Shown piece by piece: positions 61,966 through 64,000 of a stretch of 64,000 bases of DNA. The DNA comes from Candidatus Woesearchaeota archaeon (GTDB lineage Archaea > Nanobdellota > Nanobdellia > Pacearchaeales > GW2011-AR1). A model generated the notes under the pieces. That model saw only the letters and a program-made list of their open reading frames with translations, was not told the origin of the DNA and made no database searches. How positions within the stretch are numbered: the first letter of the stretch is position 1; each line of letters begins with the position of its first letter. The position numbers were made by a program, and so were the translations under genes. The DNA lies in contig CAZJEO010000002.1 in NCBI GenBank assembly GCA_964545065.1, positions 132,879 through 196,878 on the forward strand, read 5' to 3'.

Positions 61966-62967
61966 ATGGTTGACAAGCTTGAATTAATTAAAAGAAATAC
62001 TGATGAGATAATTGGGGAGGGTAAGCTTTCTGGGATTTTGAAGAAAAAACAGCCGATTGTTTATTGTGGTTATGAACCTTCTGGAGATGTGCATATTGGA
62101 CATTTTGTCACGATTATGAAACTTCGGGATTTTGAAAAGGCTGGATTTAAGGTTAAGATACTTTTGGCTGATTGGCATGCTTGGTTGAATAAAAAAGGAG
62201 ATTGGAAGTTTATCGAGGGACAGGTTGAGAAATGGAAAAAGGCATTTAAGAAAATTGGATTAGAAAAACCAGAAATTATTGTGGGAACGAGTTTTCAAAG
62301 AAAGTCAGATTATATAGATGATGTTTTTACTCTTGCAGCAAGCTCTACATTGAATAGGGGCCTTCGGGCGATGCAGGGTGTTGCGAGAGATATTGAGCAC
62401 GCAAAAGTTACGCAGATTATCTACCCGTTTATGCAAGTTGTTGATATGAAGGCTTTGAAAGTCGATGCTGTTGTTGCAGGAATGGAGCAGAGGAAAATTC
62501 ATATGATGGCTGTGGAAAGTTTGAAGGAAATTAAATATGAAGTTCCTGTTTTTGTTCACACGCCTTTAATTTCTTCGCTGAGGGGAGAAGGGAAGATGTC
62601 TTCTTCTGAAGTATCTGGTTTGATTTCTGTTAAAGATTCTTCTGATGAAATAAAAAAGAAAATTTCAAAAGCATTTTGTCCAGAGGGAAAGAAAAATGTT
62701 GTTTTAGAAATAGCAAGAATTTTGATTTTTCCTTTTTTTGATACCCAAGGAGGGCATAACCAAAGGTCACGAGAACCTTCTATCGAAGGCGAGAACCTCT
62801 TACGAGGAAAAGTTGAAATTAAGAGAGATAAGAAGTTTGGAGGGAATGTTAAGTATAATTCTTATTCTGATTTAGAAAAAGATTTTTTATCAAAGAAACT
62901 TCATCCAATGGATTTGAAAGCAATGGTTGGAGAAAATCTTGCGAAAATGTTTGAGAAAATTAGGTGA
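61966..62967 (+). CDS. tyrS: Tyrosyl-tRNA synthetase (archaeal type)
   Basis: HIGH-type motif GDVHIGH, KMSKS-type KMSSS and a C-terminal KFGGNV...LHPMDLK. Carries an in-frame GC-richer insertion of about 22 aa near 62741-62808. Confidence 0.9.
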   Translation: MVDKLELIKRNTDEIIGEGKLSGILKKKQPIVYCGYEPSGDVHIGHFVTIMKLRDFEKAGFKVKILLADWHAWLNKKGDWKFIEGQVEKWKKAFKKIGLEKPEIIVGTSFQRKSDYIDDVFTLAASSTLNRGLRAMQGVARDIEHAKVTQIIYPFMQVVDMKALKVDAVVAGMEQRKIHMMAVESLKEIKYEVPVFVHTPLISSLRGEGKMSSSEVSGLISVKDSSDEIKKKISKAFCPEGKKNVVLEIARILIFPFFDTQGGHNQRSREPSIEGENLLRGKVEIKRDKKFGGNVKYNSYSDLEKDFLSKKLHPMDLKAMVGENLAKMFEKIR

Positions 62968-63885
62968 TTACTTTGTCTTAAATTCCACAATATCTAAATC
63001 TTTTAATTCATGGTTTAAGCCTGTGATTTGTCCTGAGAATTTTGATGAAGGTCCCCAGATTTTAGTTTCTTTTATTCTTGAGGAAAATCCGTGGAGGATT
63101 TTTTCAGCGACATCTTTGACAGTGCTTTGGGGATTGAGAATTAAAGGTCTATTTTTGTCAGCAGGTTTTCCCGGTTCTTTTGTGAAGACTCTAATCTTGT
63201 TGACATTTTGAAAAATCATTTCTTTAAGGGGTTCAGAATCCCATTCTTCTGCACCAAGTGATTCAATAACAATAAAATTATATTTTTTTGAAGCAAGGGT
63301 TGCGGAAATTTTTCGTGTGTCTTGTTTTTGGAAATTGTTGAAGACGATTATTTTTTTTCCTAGAGTGTTTTTTAGATTTTTTTTAATTTCTTCGATTTGT
63401 TTTAAATCTGTTACTATAATTAAAATTACATCTGCTGTATGGGCTATGCCTTTGTCGTAATGTTCTGATTCAATCGCAGGAAGTTCTATTAATTGGATGC
63501 TTGTTCCTTGGAAAGGAGTCATGCCGACGATTGGTTTTTTAGTTGTAAATTGTTCGAGAGGGGATTTTGCGATTTTAGGGTTTGCATTTGTTAGTTCGTT
63601 CAAAAGCCAGGATTTTCCCACGCCTGTTTTTCCAACAAGCACTGCTTGCATTTCTTCTTTTTTTATTCCAGCTTTGCCTCCTTTTTTTTGTTTGATTTCT
63701 TTTTCGTTTGCATATTTTAATCGAGCTAGTCTTCGTTTTAATTGTGCTCGGAGATTTTCTGCTCCCTTATGTCCTGGAGCATGAGAAATCATTTTTTTTA
63801 AAGCAGCAATTTTTTGTTCCCGTGTTTCAGCTTCAATGTAAACTTTTTCAGCTGCTAAAAATTCTGGATGTGCGTTGATTGGCAT
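62968..63885 (-). CDS. DRG/Rbg-type GTP-binding protein with a C-terminal TGS domain
   Basis: G1 motif GKTGVGKS and a C-terminal TGS-like segment (IRVFTKEPGK...DIVEFKTK). Confidence 0.6.
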   Translation of the reverse strand: MPINAHPEFLAAEKVYIEAETREQKIAALKKMISHAPGHKGAENLRAQLKRRLARLKYANEKEIKQKKGGKAGIKKEEMQAVLVGKTGVGKSWLLNELTNANPKIAKSPLEQFTTKKPIVGMTPFQGTSIQLIELPAIESEHYDKGIAHTADVILIIVTDLKQIEEIKKNLKNTLGKKIIVFNNFQKQDTRKISATLASKKYNFIVIESLGAEEWDSEPLKEMIFQNVNKIRVFTKEPGKPADKNRPLILNPQSTVKDVAEKILHGFSSRIKETKIWGPSSKFSGQITGLNHELKDLDIVEFKTK

Positions 63886-63886
63886 T

Positions 63887-64000
63887 TTATTTATCTTGGA
63901 AGTGGTTTATTATATTAATATATTTCTGATTTAATCCTCCTAAACGGAATATAATCACTTTATCGAATCCAGCATTTTTTACAAAGTTTAAATCTTTTTT
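63887..64000 (-). CDS. 3' end of an unidentified gene (5' part lies outside the window)
   Basis: The frame is open from the window edge: KKDLNFVKNAGFDKVIIFRLGGLNQKYINIINHFQDK*. The stop is 1 nt before the GTPase start. Confidence 0.4.
   Translation of the reverse strand, partial: KKDLNFVKNAGFDKVIIFRLGGLNQKYINIINHFQDK

Overview
AT-rich (about 30% G+C by eye) archaeal chromosomal segment with tightly packed, often ATGA-overlapping genes. It best fits a small-genome DPANN-type archaeon, given PolD DP1/DP2, Orc1/Cdc6, ribosomal proteins L18e/L21e, Rpo3/Rpo4/Rpo10, Rpp21 and giant surface proteins. Layout from left to right: (1) phnDCE-like ABC transporter, 1-1960. (2) A roughly 20 kb surface-glycan locus, 2.1-22.3 kb, with glycosyltransferases, radical SAM enzymes, methyltransferases, a flippase, an epimerase, a sugar dehydrogenase and a carbamoyltransferase/SxtJ/DUF5989/SGNH module. 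This locus contains a decayed tandem segmental duplication, gene fragments, a G10 tract and homopolymer frameshifts. (3) A minus-strand surface block, 23.0-31.0 kb: two unlisted small peptides, a 1609 aa LamG-type protein and an FG-GAP protein. (4) NYN gene, the secF-nudix-secD operon, tRNAs and an HNH gene. (5) Ribosomal protein and RNA polymerase genes, a MacB-type ABC operon, an isolated 5S rRNA and two near-identical tRNA-Leu genes. (6) An island at 44.8-50.7 kb with a xerA / HNH-recombinase-domain / GNAT operon, palindrome arrays, paralogous coiled-coil wHTH proteins and a coding tetranucleotide microsatellite. (7) A replication origin with ORB-like boxes next to orc1/cdc6, then PolD DP1, an HD gene and DP2, with a fossil second DP1 C-terminus in the spacer. 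(8) Unknown genes, membrane proteins, glutaredoxin, TyrRS and a DRG-type GTPase. No CRISPR array, reverse transcriptase or transposase was recognised. All calls rest on reading the sequence and ORF translations by eye; no database search was possible.
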